The notes beneath the pieces were generated by a model. That model did not search any database and had not been told where the DNA came from. It was given only the letters and a program-made list of their open reading frames with translations. A program made the translations under genes and the position numbers. 64,000 bases of DNA from Patescibacteria group bacterium (GTDB lineage: Bacteria > Patescibacteriota > Patescibacteriia > JBAZBY01), in contig JBAZBY010000001.1 of assembly GCA_041671225.1 (NCBI GenBank), positions 174,940-238,939 on the forward strand. The letters are read 5' to 3'. Positions 21,833 to 32,497 of the stretch are shown here, piece by piece. Within the stretch, counting starts at the first letter, position 1. Each line of letters begins with the position of its first letter.

Positions 21833-22665
21833 ATCTTATTGATGGCAAAACACTTGCCGAAGAAATCCAACAGGATGTCAGAAAACGCATAGAAAAAGCT
21901 GGCATCACGCCCGGCCTTGCAATTATTCTGGTGGGCGATAATGAAGCGAGCAAACTCTACGTGCGCCTCAAGGAACGCGCGGCACATGCCGTGGGTATTG
22001 CCTGTCATACGTATCGCTTCAATGAAAACACCGCCGCGAATGAAATACTGACGGCAATTGATTTTTTGAACAAAGATGAAGATGTTCATGGCATTATCGT
22101 GCAGCTGCCACTTCCGCGCCATCTTTCTGAAGATGCCATTATCAAAGCAATGGACTTCCGCAAAGATGTTGATGGATTTCATCCCAAGAATGTCGAAGCG
22201 ATGCTGAAGGGGCTGAAGGTCCCGGAACCAACACTCATCAAAGCCATCTTGCGGTTACTCAAAAACGTGAAGGTGAATATCAAAGGAAAAAAAGTGGTTG
22301 TGCTGGCAAACTCACCGGTATTCCTGAATCCATTCATTCATCTGCTCACAAAAAAAGGTGCGGACGCAAGAGCATTCCGCAAAGGCGAACGCTTTGAGGC
22401 GGCACTCGCGGAGGCGGATATTCTTATTACCGCGTACGGCAAACCTGAAAGCATCACCGGACGTATGCTCAAAGAAGGCGTGACCATTATTGATGTGGGC
22501 ATTACAAAACTGGAAGACGGCAGCGTTGTTGGCGATGTGGATGTAGAAAGCCTCAAAGATAAAGCTGAGTGGATCACTCCTGTTCCCGGCGGCGTGGGGC
22601 CAGTGACGGTTGCCACGCTGCTGGAAAATACGCTGGAGAGTGCACTAAGGTTCAAAAATGAATAA
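21829..22665 (+). CDS. folD: Methylenetetrahydrofolate dehydrogenase/cyclohydrolase
   Basis: GIIVQLPLP, KDVDG, TPVPGGVGPVT. Confidence 0.96.
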   Translation: MNLIDGKTLAEEIQQDVRKRIEKAGITPGLAIILVGDNEASKLYVRLKERAAHAVGIACHTYRFNENTAANEILTAIDFLNKDEDVHGIIVQLPLPRHLSEDAIIKAMDFRKDVDGFHPKNVEAMLKGLKVPEPTLIKAILRLLKNVKVNIKGKKVVVLANSPVFLNPFIHLLTKKGADARAFRKGERFEAALAEADILITAYGKPESITGRMLKEGVTIIDVGITKLEDGSVVGDVDVESLKDKAEWITPVPGGVGPVTVATLLENTLESALRFKNE

Positions 22666-23185
22666 ACATCCCAACGACTTCTACAAATTTTGCCCGAAGT
22701 GCGGGGGAGCGCTCAAAAAGATGCAGCACGACAGGCTGGAACGCCTCGTCTGTGGTACGTGTAATTTTATCTTCTATCAGAACCCCAAAGCGGCGGTCTG
22801 CGCGATCATTGAGAATGACCGGGGCGAGGTTCTCCTTGTAAAACGCGCCGAGGAACCACATAAGGGCATGTTGGATATTCCCGGCGGATTTGTGAACTTT
22901 GGCGAGGAGCCCCGTACTGCGCTGATACGAGAAATGGCAGAAGAACTGCACGTTGCGTTTACGCCACAACAATGCACCGGAACATATCATTGTTGGTATG
23001 AAGCGCAGGGCCTGAAAGAATCCATCGCCAATATCTACTATACCGGAACCATCATCGGCGAGCTGCGGCCGGACGATGACATTACCGATGCGCAATGGTT
23101 TCCGCTCACTTCGCTGCCAGATGATATTGCTGATGACCACATCCGCCGCGCACTGGAAGATTATAAAAAAGAGGAAAACCTATGA
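22658..23185 (+). CDS. NUDIX hydrolase with N-terminal zinc ribbon
   Basis: FCPKCG..CGTC; PGGFVNFGEEPRTALIREMAEE. Confidence 0.9.
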   Translation: MNKHPNDFYKFCPKCGGALKKMQHDRLERLVCGTCNFIFYQNPKAAVCAIIENDRGEVLLVKRAEEPHKGMLDIPGGFVNFGEEPRTALIREMAEELHVAFTPQQCTGTYHCWYEAQGLKESIANIYYTGTIIGELRPDDDITDAQWFPLTSLPDDIADDHIRRALEDYKKEENL

Positions 23186-24246
23186 GCTTCATGCTCGGCA
23201 TCGTCGGCCTTCCGAACGTGGGCAAATCCACGCTGTTTACCGCGCTCACAAAAAAGCAGGTGGACGTGGCGAATTATCCTTTTGCGACCATTGATCCGAA
23301 CGTGGGTGTGGTTTCCGTACCGGACGAACGGCTGAATGTGCTCACCCAGCTTTCCAAATCCAAAGAGACCATCCCTACGACAATAGAGTTCCGGGATATC
23401 GCAGGTCTGGTGAAAGGCGCGGCGCAGGGCGAGGGGCTTGGAAACAAATTCCTCTCGCACATCCGGGAAGTGGATGCCATTGTGCATGTAGTGCGGCACT
23501 TTGCAGACGACGACATCATCCACGTTGCAAACAAAGTGGATCCGGAAAGCGACAAAAGCATCATTGAAGCGGAACTCGCGCTGGCAGACCTGGAAACCGC
23601 CACGCAGCGGCTCAAGAAACTGCGCGGCGATGCAAAGGGCGGGCTTTCCAAGGACGACGAGAAGCTCCTGCCGCTGCTGGAAATGGTTGAGAAAGCTTTG
23701 GCGGCCGGCAGCCCTGCGCGCACGCTTGAGCTCACCGATGAAGAACATGCACTCATCCGCCCCTTAATGCTCCTCACCATGAAACCGGAACTCATTGTGG
23801 CGAATGTGGATGAAGACATGCTTGCAAAGGGCGCGTCCGTCCCCAACGCCATCACGCTTAATGCAAAGCTAGAAATGGAAATTGCTGCATTGCCACCGGA
23901 GGAGGCGCAAACATTCCTTGCAGAATACCACCTCAAACAATCTGGACTCGAACGGCTTATCGTAGAAAGTTATGCGCTTTTGAAACTTATCACCTTTTTT
24001 ACGACCGGAGAGAAAGAAACTCGCGCATGGACGGTGGAAGAAGGCGCAACCGCTCCACGGGCTGCCGGCCGCATCCATACGGACTTTGAAGAAGGCTTCA
24101 TCCGCGCGGAAGTCATCAGTTACGATGATTTTGTCACCTATAAAGGCGAGCTCGGCTGCCGTGAAGCGGGCAAGATGCGCATGGAAGGCAAAGAATACAT
24201 CATGCAAGACGGCGATATTGTGCATTTCCACTTCCAGACGCATTGA
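23182..24246 (+). CDS. ychF: Redox-regulated ATPase YchF
   Basis: GIVGLPNVGKST, DIAGLVKGA..GEGLGNKFL, TGS domain. Confidence 0.97.
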   Translation: MSFMLGIVGLPNVGKSTLFTALTKKQVDVANYPFATIDPNVGVVSVPDERLNVLTQLSKSKETIPTTIEFRDIAGLVKGAAQGEGLGNKFLSHIREVDAIVHVVRHFADDDIIHVANKVDPESDKSIIEAELALADLETATQRLKKLRGDAKGGLSKDDEKLLPLLEMVEKALAAGSPARTLELTDEEHALIRPLMLLTMKPELIVANVDEDMLAKGASVPNAITLNAKLEMEIAALPPEEAQTFLAEYHLKQSGLERLIVESYALLKLITFFTTGEKETRAWTVEEGATAPRAAGRIHTDFEEGFIRAEVISYDDFVTYKGELGCREAGKMRMEGKEYIMQDGDIVHFHFQTH

Positions 24247-24278
24247 CATCCAAAAGCGTCCGCAGCACGCGAGGGAAC

Positions 24279-25481
24279 CTACGACGGCACACTCTCAAGA
24301 ATGAGGATCTCCCGCGCAATGCGCTGCCCAGGCCGGGCATAAAGCAGACTGTTGCGCTTTGAAAGTACGGGGCGATATGTTGCCACCGCCTCTTTTGACA
24401 ATGGCTGATGAATGCGAAAACCATTCTCGAGCAGCAACTCATCAAGAAATGGATACAGCGCCGTATCACCCTTACCCTGAATCGCTGGAAAAACGAATAC
24501 AACGCGTCCGCCAGTCGGGAGGAGCTGTGCGAATGTTGTAAAAGCATTTCGATAAAGCTGCTGCAGCTTGTTAAAGAAATTCTCCTGCGCCCGCTCACCA
24601 AGCGCTTGGCGTTGCGGAGAACCAAGAAATGGCTCGGTGACGATCGCGTCAACCGTTGCGGGAAGATTCTTGCGCAAAAACGCCACATCAGATCGCATGA
24701 GACGCCACCGCATGGAACTCTCTTGCGCCTCAAGATTCTTCTCCGCGTCGCTGATTGCCTTCGCGCTGTTATCAGAACCAATGACATGAAGATTCATGTC
24801 CCGTGCTTCCGTGAGGACGGTTCCCGAACCGCAAAACGGATCAAGGATCGTGCTCCCCTCGCGCACACCAGCAAGATTCACCATAAGACGCGCAAGTTGC
24901 GGTGGCAGCATTCCTGACTTTGCATCAAGATGTGTACGTGCGCGATCGCGAGACGCAAATGCTTCAAAATGCTGCACGGTCTTGGTAACGGCAATCGTGT
25001 ACCCCTTGGGACCTTTAAGCACCATGAACTCCGTGCCGCTACCCAAAAGATCATTCTTGACCACTGCGGCACTTGAAAGCGCGGCATCCTTTGAGACGAC
25101 ATAACGAGCCTTGTAGCCATCTGCAATGAGCTCCTTCTTGCGCTGCATGCCGAGCTTGCGGAGCGTGGTGCCGAATGCTTTCTCCTCAGGATACCCAGAA
25201 AAAGCAAACTCCATGCGCGGGTCTGCTTCGACGTGCGCATAGATCAACGCCAGCGAGAGTACCTGCTCAAGGTCTGCACCTTCGGCAATGACCTGCCCTA
25301 TCTTCACGGTGCCGGCAAGCTGGCGCTGTAAGGCACCGATCTGTTGTTCTGGTATATCAGCTTCTACCCAGCCCGGAGCATACACAAACGCGTCGGTCGG
25401 CAGGTGCTGCGTCTCCGCAACAGCAACAAGCTCTGCGGCGGAAAGTGCGGGCATTCGCCCAAAAAGGAATATGTATCGCAT
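24279..25481 (-). CDS. Trm11-like SAM-dependent RNA methyltransferase
   Basis: GMLPPQLARLMVNL, LDPFCGSGT, TEPFLG. Confidence 0.82.
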   Translation of the reverse strand: MRYIFLFGRMPALSAAELVAVAETQHLPTDAFVYAPGWVEADIPEQQIGALQRQLAGTVKIGQVIAEGADLEQVLSLALIYAHVEADPRMEFAFSGYPEEKAFGTTLRKLGMQRKKELIADGYKARYVVSKDAALSSAAVVKNDLLGSGTEFMVLKGPKGYTIAVTKTVQHFEAFASRDRARTHLDAKSGMLPPQLARLMVNLAGVREGSTILDPFCGSGTVLTEARDMNLHVIGSDNSAKAISDAEKNLEAQESSMRWRLMRSDVAFLRKNLPATVDAIVTEPFLGSPQRQALGERAQENFFNKLQQLYRNAFTTFAQLLPTGGRVVFVFPAIQGKGDTALYPFLDELLLENGFRIHQPLSKEAVATYRPVLSKRNSLLYARPGQRIAREILILESVPS

Positions 25482-25540
25482 AGAGTATCCATCCTAGCAT
25501 AGCCCTTGCATAAAAGAGAACCCTGTGATAACCTCTGTGA

Positions 25541-25686
25541 GCTTAATAACTTATCTGCATCGCTACTCCCCCGCCAAAGGCGGGCAGAGAGTAGCGCTTC
25601 CCGCCAGTCGGGACTGTCCAGCTGCAGCGCATTTCCCCGCTTTTTGTGGGTAGACGACGCAGCTGGAAACAGCTGTTTTTTCTTCT
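25541..25686 (+). promoter_or_regulatory. Structured 5' leader of rpsF-ssb-rpsR
   Basis: Promoter TTGCAT-17-TAACCT at 25506-25534; stems CGCTACTC/GAGTAGCG and CCAGCTGC/GCAGCTGG. Confidence 0.55.
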
Positions 25687-26181
25687 ATGACCCAAACATA
25701 CGAAATGCTCTATATCATCCCTCAAGATATTACCGAGGAGAAAGTCCCCGAGGTAACAAATAAGATGGGTGAATTACTCCAGCGTCACGGCGCGCATATT
25801 ACCCGCGAAGAAACCTGGGGGCGACGCAAATTTGCGTACGCAATCAAAAATCAGAAGTACGGCACCTACCAGCTTCTCTACTTCACGCTGGAAAGTGAAA
25901 AACTCCCAAAACTTGAAAAAGAGCTCCAGTTGCAGCAGGAAGTGTTGCGCTCTCTTATTGTGAAGTACCGCGAACGCACCGCAAAGGAAATTGAAGACCA
26001 CGAGCAGCATCTTGCAAAAATGTCAGAGAAGAACAAGCAACGCGAAGCAGAAAAAGAGGCTATAGCACATCCAGAAAAAAGCGCACAACCTGCGTTGGAA
26101 GAAGTATCCGGACCTGTTGATGCGGCTGAGCTCGAGAAAAAACTCAACGAACTTCTCGACGATAAAGTATCTGATCAATAA
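25687..26181 (+). CDS. rpsF: 30S ribosomal protein S6
   Basis: YEMLYII..WGRRKFAYAIK..VLRSLIV; first gene of the rpsF-ssb-rpsR block. Confidence 0.95.
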   Translation: MTQTYEMLYIIPQDITEEKVPEVTNKMGELLQRHGAHITREETWGRRKFAYAIKNQKYGTYQLLYFTLESEKLPKLEKELQLQQEVLRSLIVKYRERTAKEIEDHEQHLAKMSEKNKQREAEKEAIAHPEKSAQPALEEVSGPVDAAELEKKLNELLDDKVSDQ

Positions 26182-26192
26182 CACCCATACAT

Positions 26193-26648
26193 ATGGATCT
26201 CAACAAAGCAATGATCATCGGGAATGTGACCCGCGACCCAGAATCCCGCAACACGCCAAGCGGCCAAACTGTCTGTTCATTCAGTATCGCAACGAACCGC
26301 AAATGGCGCGACAAACAGACAAACGAATTACAATCTCAGCCTGAATTCCATAATATCGTCGCATGGGCGCGTCTCGCTGAGACCTGTTCACAATACCTCA
26401 AAAAGGGCAGCCGCGTGTACCTGGAAGGTCGTCTGCAGACTCGCTCATGGGAAGACCAAACCGGGGTAAAAAAATATCGTACAGAAATTGTTGCTGACAA
26501 TATGATCATGTTGGATCGCAAAGGCGATGCGCCCGCAACCGGCGGCATAGCAAAGAACCCTGCCCCAGACTCTGATTCAGGGGACGGCGCACAACCTGAA
26601 CCGCCAAAGGAAGAAGAGGAAATCCAAGTTGAAGATATCCCATTCTAA
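26193..26648 (+). CDS. ssb: Single-stranded DNA-binding protein
   Basis: LNKAMIIGNVTRDPE, EGRLQTRSW, C-terminal DIPF. Confidence 0.98.
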   Translation: MDLNKAMIIGNVTRDPESRNTPSGQTVCSFSIATNRKWRDKQTNELQSQPEFHNIVAWARLAETCSQYLKKGSRVYLEGRLQTRSWEDQTGVKKYRTEIVADNMIMLDRKGDAPATGGIAKNPAPDSDSGDGAQPEPPKEEEEIQVEDIPF

Positions 26649-26650
26649 TT

Positions 26651-26929
26651 ATGAAACCCACATCGAATCGTCCATACAATAAAACGTCCCAGCGTAATAA
26701 TCCGCGCAATCCTCAGAAAACAACGCAGAGCGTCAATCTGCAATCCCTTATCGAATCGCAGATCGACATCGACTACAAAAATATCGATCTTTTGCGTCGC
26801 TTTACAACGGGCTACGCAAAGGTCGTCCCGCGTCGCCGCAGTGGCATCCAAATGCACCAACAACGCAAAATTGCTCAGGCAATCAAACGCGCGCGTTACA
26901 TGGGACTTCTTCCCTACGAAAACCGCTAG
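26651..26929 (+). CDS. rpsR: 30S ribosomal protein S18
   Basis: IDYKNIDLLRRF..QRKIAQAIKRARYMGLLPY. Confidence 0.96.
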   Translation: MKPTSNRPYNKTSQRNNPRNPQKTTQSVNLQSLIESQIDIDYKNIDLLRRFTTGYAKVVPRRRSGIQMHQQRKIAQAIKRARYMGLLPYENR

Positions 26930-26935
26930 ACCAAT

Positions 26936-27502
26936 ATGTCATCAATGAATGATCTCAAAATAGGGAGCGTGCTTCTGTATGAAGATGAACCCTATACCGT
27001 ACTCTCGACGCAACACGTACAGATGGGACGCGGAAGCGCCATTCTTCGTACAAAAATGAAGAACCTCATCACTGGTAATGTGCTCGAACGCACGTTTAAG
27101 CATGGCGATAAATTCGGCGACGCTGAACTGCTTCACGTCAAAGCGACCTACCTCTACAGTGACGACAGCAACGCATACTTCATGGACAGCGAAACATTCG
27201 ACCAGTTCCCTATTGGTATCGATGTCATCGGTGATCGTACCAACTTTCTCAAAGAAGGACAGGAAGTGGACTCGCTACAGTTCAATGGCAAGGCGGTGAA
27301 TATAGAACTTGCGGCAAAGGTGGAGCTTATTGTGACGGAGACGGTTGACGCCGTCCGCGGGGACAGCGCGCAGGGTAAGGTGACGAAGGATGCAACGCTA
27401 GAAAATGGCCACACTATTCGTGTGCCATTGTTCATCAAACAAGGTGACAAAATTCGCATCAACACCGACACAGGCGAATATGTCGAACGGGTAACTGAGT
27501 AA
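26936..27502 (+). CDS. efp: Elongation factor P
   Basis: HVQMGRGSA loop, VPLFIKQGDKIRINTDTGEYVER. Confidence 0.95.
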   Translation: MSSMNDLKIGSVLLYEDEPYTVLSTQHVQMGRGSAILRTKMKNLITGNVLERTFKHGDKFGDAELLHVKATYLYSDDSNAYFMDSETFDQFPIGIDVIGDRTNFLKEGQEVDSLQFNGKAVNIELAAKVELIVTETVDAVRGDSAQGKVTKDATLENGHTIRVPLFIKQGDKIRINTDTGEYVERVTE

Positions 27503-27525
27503 TACGCGTAAGGCGCTTACGACAT

Positions 27526-28128
27526 ATGCATAGCGCAATCAATTACAAAAGAACCATCTTCCACGTCTGCGGGGGCATGTTTGGTATGTTGGTTGCGCTG
27601 ACGTTTCCCTTCCCGGAAATCCTTGTCATTTCAAGCACCTTTTTTGGAATTGCGTTGATCATTGAAGTGATGCGCAATCGCAGCCTTTCTTTTCATGATG
27701 AATTCGTGAGTAAGTTCGGGATGCTCATGAAGCCGACCGAGCGGGGTACCGTACTCGGATTCACCTGGACCGTCGGCGCGACGTTGCTCCTCTCATTCTT
27801 GCAGGACTTCCGCCCAATGGCCGTTGGTATGCTTGTGTGGACCTTTGCAGACCCTATGGCGATGCTTGCAGGACGTTTGCTCCCGAACACAAGGCGTCTT
27901 GCCGAGGGAAAAACGCTTGAGGGAACGATTGCCTTCTTCCTCACTGCAACACTCGTTGCGGCATTATTCCTGATCACCGTAACAACAAAACATCCTGTCT
28001 ACGTCATGGCGCCGGTCATTGGCGCTGCAGGAGCCTTTGTAGAACTCATCTCACGTCAAATCAAGATCGATGATAACTTCTCGATCCCACTTGTGGCAGG
28101 GCTTGTCACCTACTTCTTGGTGATCTAG
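27526..28128 (+). CDS. Dolichol/phytol kinase-like membrane protein (CTP_transf_1)
   Basis: [21 protein letters not shown]. Confidence 0.82.
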   Translation: MHSAINYKRTIFHVCGGMFGMLVALTFPFPEILVISSTFFGIALIIEVMRNRSLSFHDEFVSKFGMLMKPTERGTVLGFTWTVGATLLLSFLQDFRPMAVGMLVWTFADPMAMLAGRLLPNTRRLAEGKTLEGTIAFFLTATLVAALFLITVTTKHPVYVMAPVIGAAGAFVELISRQIKIDDNFSIPLVAGLVTYFLVI

Positions 28129-29174
28129 CCTTCCTTCGGTTCGTCGGCCTTCGGGTTATCTTCCTTGGCGATGCTTTCTTTTACGGCGATGAGTACTCCC
28201 GCCCGAAGATTCTTCAATAACTCCTTGTTACCGCGCAAGGTATCTTTTGCTGCCTCGCGGCCAACGCCGAGCCGTTGTTCACCAAAGGAATAGGTATTCC
28301 CGTTCTTCTGAATCACGCCATACTGCACGCCTGTATCAAGCATATCGCCGGCAATGGAAATACCTTCATTATACATGATGTCGAATTCCGTACGCTTGAA
28401 TGGTGCGGCAACTTTGTTCTTCACGACCTTTGCTTTCACGCGGTTCCCAATGATGCGTTCACCTTGCTTGATCTGTGCGGCGCGACGAACCTCGATACGA
28501 ACAGAAGCATAGAACTTCAGTGCGGTACCGCCGGTGGTTGTTTCTGGATTCCCATAAAACACCCCTATCTTGAGACGTATTTGATTGATGAAAATCACAA
28601 CAGTGCGCGATTTTGCAACAACACCTGCAAGTTTGCGCAGCGCCTGACTCATGAGTCGTGCTTGCAAACCGACATGATGATCTCCCATCTCGCCTTCGAT
28701 CTCCGCCTTGGGCGTGAGTGCGGCAACAGAATCAACCACAATGACATCAAATGAATTCGAGCGTACGAGCGTTTCCAAAATCTCCAATGCCTGCTCCCCA
28801 TTATCCGGCTGAGAGATATAGAGTGAATTGATATCCACGCCGATCTTCTTCGCATACTCTGGGTCCAGGGCATGTTCGGCATCAATGAATGCCGCGGTGC
28901 CTCCCAATTGCTGTGCGGACGAAACGATATGCTGCGCAAGGGTTGTCTTGCCTGATGCCTCTGGGCCATAAATCTCGGCAATGCGCCCGCGTGGCATCCC
29001 CATCACCCCAAGGGCAATATCAAGCGAGAGGCATTGTGTGGGGATAGTTTCCACCTCCATCTGTTTTGCCTCCCCCATTCGCATAATGGAACCTTCGCCA
29101 AAACGCTCCTGAATCTGCTGGATTGCAGCGAGTGCTTCGCTTTTTTCTTTGTTTACTTTCGATTTTGCAGTCAT
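28125..29174 (-). CDS. recA: Recombinase RecA
   Basis: [36 protein letters not shown]. Confidence 0.98.
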   Translation of the reverse strand: MTAKSKVNKEKSEALAAIQQIQERFGEGSIMRMGEAKQMEVETIPTQCLSLDIALGVMGMPRGRIAEIYGPEASGKTTLAQHIVSSAQQLGGTAAFIDAEHALDPEYAKKIGVDINSLYISQPDNGEQALEILETLVRSNSFDVIVVDSVAALTPKAEIEGEMGDHHVGLQARLMSQALRKLAGVVAKSRTVVIFINQIRLKIGVFYGNPETTTGGTALKFYASVRIEVRRAAQIKQGERIIGNRVKAKVVKNKVAAPFKRTEFDIMYNEGISIAGDMLDTGVQYGVIQKNGNTYSFGEQRLGVGREAAKDTLRGNKELLKNLRAGVLIAVKESIAKEDNPKADEPKEG

Positions 29175-29248
29175 AAAATTCCTTTCGACCGCCACGTATA
29201 TATGGGTCTTGCCTGAGTAGCTTACTATAGGCACTAGACCTATGCAAG

Positions 29249-29938
29249 TTAGGGCGCTAGCGCCTCCTCCACAAACACCAAACGCTGATCAACGGCAGTG
29301 GTGCTCCGCCCACGTTTTGCGGTAATGCGTATGGTATTCAATCCCTCACGAAGGTTTACGCGCTCACGGAATACCCCTTCGCGATCGACCGGAATCTCTT
29401 GGTCATTCACCCGAACCTCTGCCTCTGGTTCGCTTTTGCCTTCAACTAAGATACTCCGTTCCGTTGTTGTGATGTTATTTTGTGGACTACTCACCAGCAA
29501 TTCCGGTGCCTGAAATACCTGCTGTAACTGCCAGACAAGATATGCCGCAACGGCTAATGTTGCAATGCTAAAAAGGACAATGCGCACAATGCGCGGGGAA
29601 AGAGAAAAACCTTCGCGCACTGCTTGTGGTGGAATGACCTCCCCCATGCCGCCTTCACGCGTACCCGCAACAATACTTCGTTCACGCTCGTACCATGTAA
29701 GAACGCGTTGTGTATCAACATGCAACGCTGGCGCAATTTTTCTAAGAAAATTTTTCACATACACATCCCCAGGAAGTGACGCATAATCACCAGCTTCGAG
29801 TGCTTTAAGGTGCTTCGCGGAAATGACAAGAGACGCCGCAAGCTGTTCCAGCGTTATTCCTTCTTCCTCTCGTAATTCACGAAGCCGTTCACCGAGTAAC
29901 TTGCTCCCTTCTAATTTCCTCCGAGAGAATGTACTCAT
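29249..29938 (-). CDS. RodZ-like HTH membrane protein with C-terminal Ig-like domain
   Basis: [28 protein letters not shown], one [14 protein letters not shown]; follows ftsK. Confidence 0.8.
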   Translation of the reverse strand: MSTFSRRKLEGSKLLGERLRELREEEGITLEQLAASLVISAKHLKALEAGDYASLPGDVYVKNFLRKIAPALHVDTQRVLTWYERERSIVAGTREGGMGEVIPPQAVREGFSLSPRIVRIVLFSIATLAVAAYLVWQLQQVFQAPELLVSSPQNNITTTERSILVEGKSEPEAEVRVNDQEIPVDREGVFRERVNLREGLNTIRITAKRGRSTTAVDQRLVFVEEALAP

Positions 29939-29953
29939 AGAATATTAGAGGTT

Positions 29954-30004
29954 CGCATGAGCCTGCCCGACGAAGCCCTGAGGCTGCTGAAGGGCAAAGG
30001 CGGG
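29954..30004. repeat. Intergenic imperfect palindrome (REP-like element or terminator)
   Basis: CCTGCCCGACGAAGCCCT...AGGGCAAAGGCGGG between ftsK and rodZ. Confidence 0.4.
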
Positions 30005-30005
30005 G

Positions 30006-32429
30006 TCATGATCGTGTCCAGTTCTCATACCGTTCTTTTTCATCCTCAACATCATCCTCAACTTCTTCTGTTGCTTCATTATCAACGGGCTCTTCTTCGC
30101 CATCATCTCCTTGGACATCTTCATTGTGGGTATCATCCTTTTCTACATCCTCATCATCTTCAGGTTCTTCTTCCTCAAAAGATTCACCAAACTCCTCATC
30201 TTCTAAATCACGCAAAACCTCTCTGGGCTTTGCACCATCGGCAGGACCAATAAACCCTTGCTCCTCAAGAATATCCAGAATGCGCGCAGCGCGCGCATAG
30301 CCGATAGAAAGCCTGCGCTGGAGCAGGGACGCAGACCCCTTGCCTGCCCGCAAAATCACCTGCTTTGCGTCTGCCAACATCGGATCTTCATCTTCATCAT
30401 CACCAGAACCCATCACGCCATTCTTCATCATCGTATGCGGAGCCTGCGCTTTTTCAATAACATCCATGTCATAATCTGCATCTGCACCCTTGCGCAACGC
30501 TGCCGTCACGCGCTCAATTTCTTCTTCAGTCACCAATGCTCCCTGCAAGCGTTTTGGTTTTGAAAGCTCTGCAGTGACAAGAAGAAAATCACCCTTGCCC
30601 AGCAACTTCTCTGCGCCGGACATATCAAGAATGGTGCGCGAATCTATGCTTGAAGCAACATTAAAGGCCATACGCGCCGTAATATTCGCCTTGATAAGGC
30701 CTGTAATAACATTGACGCTTGGCCGCTGTGTGGCAACCACCAAATGAATGCCGACCGCACGCGCCATCTGCGCAAGACGGACGATCGCGCCTTCCACTTC
30801 GTTAGCGGCAACTACCATAAGATCAGCAAGCTCATCAATCACGACAACAATATACGGCATGTCATATCCCGCGGCACGAAAGCCGGCAATATTGCGCTTC
30901 TTTGCTTCAGAAAGATGAATATACCGACGATCCATTTCTGAAACCACCCAACGCAATGCATTAATTGTCTTGTTGCTTTCTGTAATGACCGGTGTGAGTA
31001 AATGAGGAACATTATTATAAAGAGAAAGCTCCACGCGCTTCGGATCCACCAGAATAAGTTTCAGATCATCGGGCGAATTGCGCTGTAAGAGATTGAGAAT
31101 AACGGTATTAATCATGACGCTCTTTCCAGAACCTGTTGCGCCGGCAATCAAGAGATGCGGCAAAGAATCCAAATCGAGAACCCACGGGCTCCCTGCAACA
31201 TCGCGGCCAACGGCCAGCGCGAGCTGTGATTTGTGCTTCCGTGATTCGTCAGTCTCCAATACGTCGCGCAAGGTAACCAATGCGCTTTGTTTATTTGGCA
31301 CTTCAATACCAACCAGCGAACGTCCTGGAATAGGTGCCTCAATACGAATAGGATGCGCGGCCAAAGCAAGAGCGAGATCATTGGAAAGCGTTGTGATCTG
31401 CGAAACCTTCACGCCGACTGACGGCTTCAATGTATATTGTGTGACTGTCGGCCCTATAGAGACCTCGCCCAACTCTACCTCGATACCAAAATTCTGCAGT
31501 GTGTCCAAAATGATTGTCTTGTTGCGTTCAACATTGCCTGCCGCCGGCTGTTCAGTCGTACGATTCAAAAGATTCAATGGAAAAGCAATATGGCTGCTCG
31601 CCTTGCGCTTCTTAAGTGTGAGCGCCATGCGTCCTTGTTCTGGCTCATCATCTTCATGTTCTTCTACCGCAGCATCGGGTTCCGCATCATCAGGTTCATT
31701 TTCCTCGCCATCTTCCTCTTCCGTATCTTCAGCATCTTCATCGTCATCGCCTTGAAGATCACTCGGGTCTATGCGACGACGTTTAAAATCTGCTTCCTGC
31801 TCTTTGTCCATTACGCGTCGCGTACGGTAATCCTGCATCCGAATCTTCAGTTCACTCACTGCATCAGAAACAGATGCAAAAATACCCCACACGCGAGAAC
31901 CATGCCCTGCAAGCTCGCGAAGCGTCGTATTAAAAAAGAGAAGAAGTGCAATCAAAAAGACAGCAACAAGCACCACCAATGAAGCCCAGGAGCCAAAAAG
32001 TGTCACTAATGGCCAAGCAAGAATATATCCTACTGCGCCACCGCCCTCTCCGCTTGCAATATCACCAAGAAGGTCAGCATCGAGAAAAATGGAAAGAAGC
32101 GCTGTAGAAGACAAAATGAAAAAAACCAGCCCGAGCCATGCGCGAACCGTCCATGGAAACTGCTCCTCCTTGTATACTGCGTACGCAATAAAAACCACAA
32201 CAACGGGGAGTGCATACTGCCACCAACCAAAAGTTAACGAGGTAAAACCCTCAATGGCTTCGCCGATGTCGCCAGCAATGCCAAAAAAACTTAATATTGT
32301 GAGAACTGCAACGAGACCGAGTATCACGATGATGATGCCACGCCGGCTCTCCGGTGAAAGTTCCGGGCTGGCTTCCTCGCGTTCTTCCTCCTCGTCACGT
32401 CGTCTTCGAAGCGTGCGTCGTGCTGCCAT
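30006..32429 (-). CDS. ftsK: DNA translocase FtsK/SpoIIIE
   Basis: 4TM domain, HLLIAGATGSGKS, IDELADLM, gamma domain, acidic tail. Confidence 0.97.
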   Translation of the reverse strand: MAARRTLRRRRDEEEEREEASPELSPESRRGIIIVILGLVAVLTILSFFGIAGDIGEAIEGFTSLTFGWWQYALPVVVVFIAYAVYKEEQFPWTVRAWLGLVFFILSSTALLSIFLDADLLGDIASGEGGGAVGYILAWPLVTLFGSWASLVVLVAVFLIALLLFFNTTLRELAGHGSRVWGIFASVSDAVSELKIRMQDYRTRRVMDKEQEADFKRRRIDPSDLQGDDDEDAEDTEEEDGEENEPDDAEPDAAVEEHEDDEPEQGRMALTLKKRKASSHIAFPLNLLNRTTEQPAAGNVERNKTIILDTLQNFGIEVELGEVSIGPTVTQYTLKPSVGVKVSQITTLSNDLALALAAHPIRIEAPIPGRSLVGIEVPNKQSALVTLRDVLETDESRKHKSQLALAVGRDVAGSPWVLDLDSLPHLLIAGATGSGKSVMINTVILNLLQRNSPDDLKLILVDPKRVELSLYNNVPHLLTPVITESNKTINALRWVVSEMDRRYIHLSEAKKRNIAGFRAAGYDMPYIVVVIDELADLMVVAANEVEGAIVRLAQMARAVGIHLVVATQRPSVNVITGLIKANITARMAFNVASSIDSRTILDMSGAEKLLGKGDFLLVTAELSKPKRLQGALVTEEEIERVTAALRKGADADYDMDVIEKAQAPHTMMKNGVMGSGDDEDEDPMLADAKQVILRAGKGSASLLQRRLSIGYARAARILDILEEQGFIGPADGAKPREVLRDLEDEEFGESFEEEEPEDDEDVEKDDTHNEDVQGDDGEEEPVDNEATEEVEDDVEDEKERYENWTRS

Positions 32430-32497
32430 ACTCGTTCTATGGTACCACACGTAACGGTGCACTGGAATGCACCGTGGTGTGTATATTTTTATATCTC

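Noticed and set aside
29225-29243. ATAGG-N7-CCTAT palindrome in the recA promoter as an SOS box
   Set aside because: No matching motif was found upstream of uvrA, uvrB, uvrC or ruvA, and it is too short to support alone.
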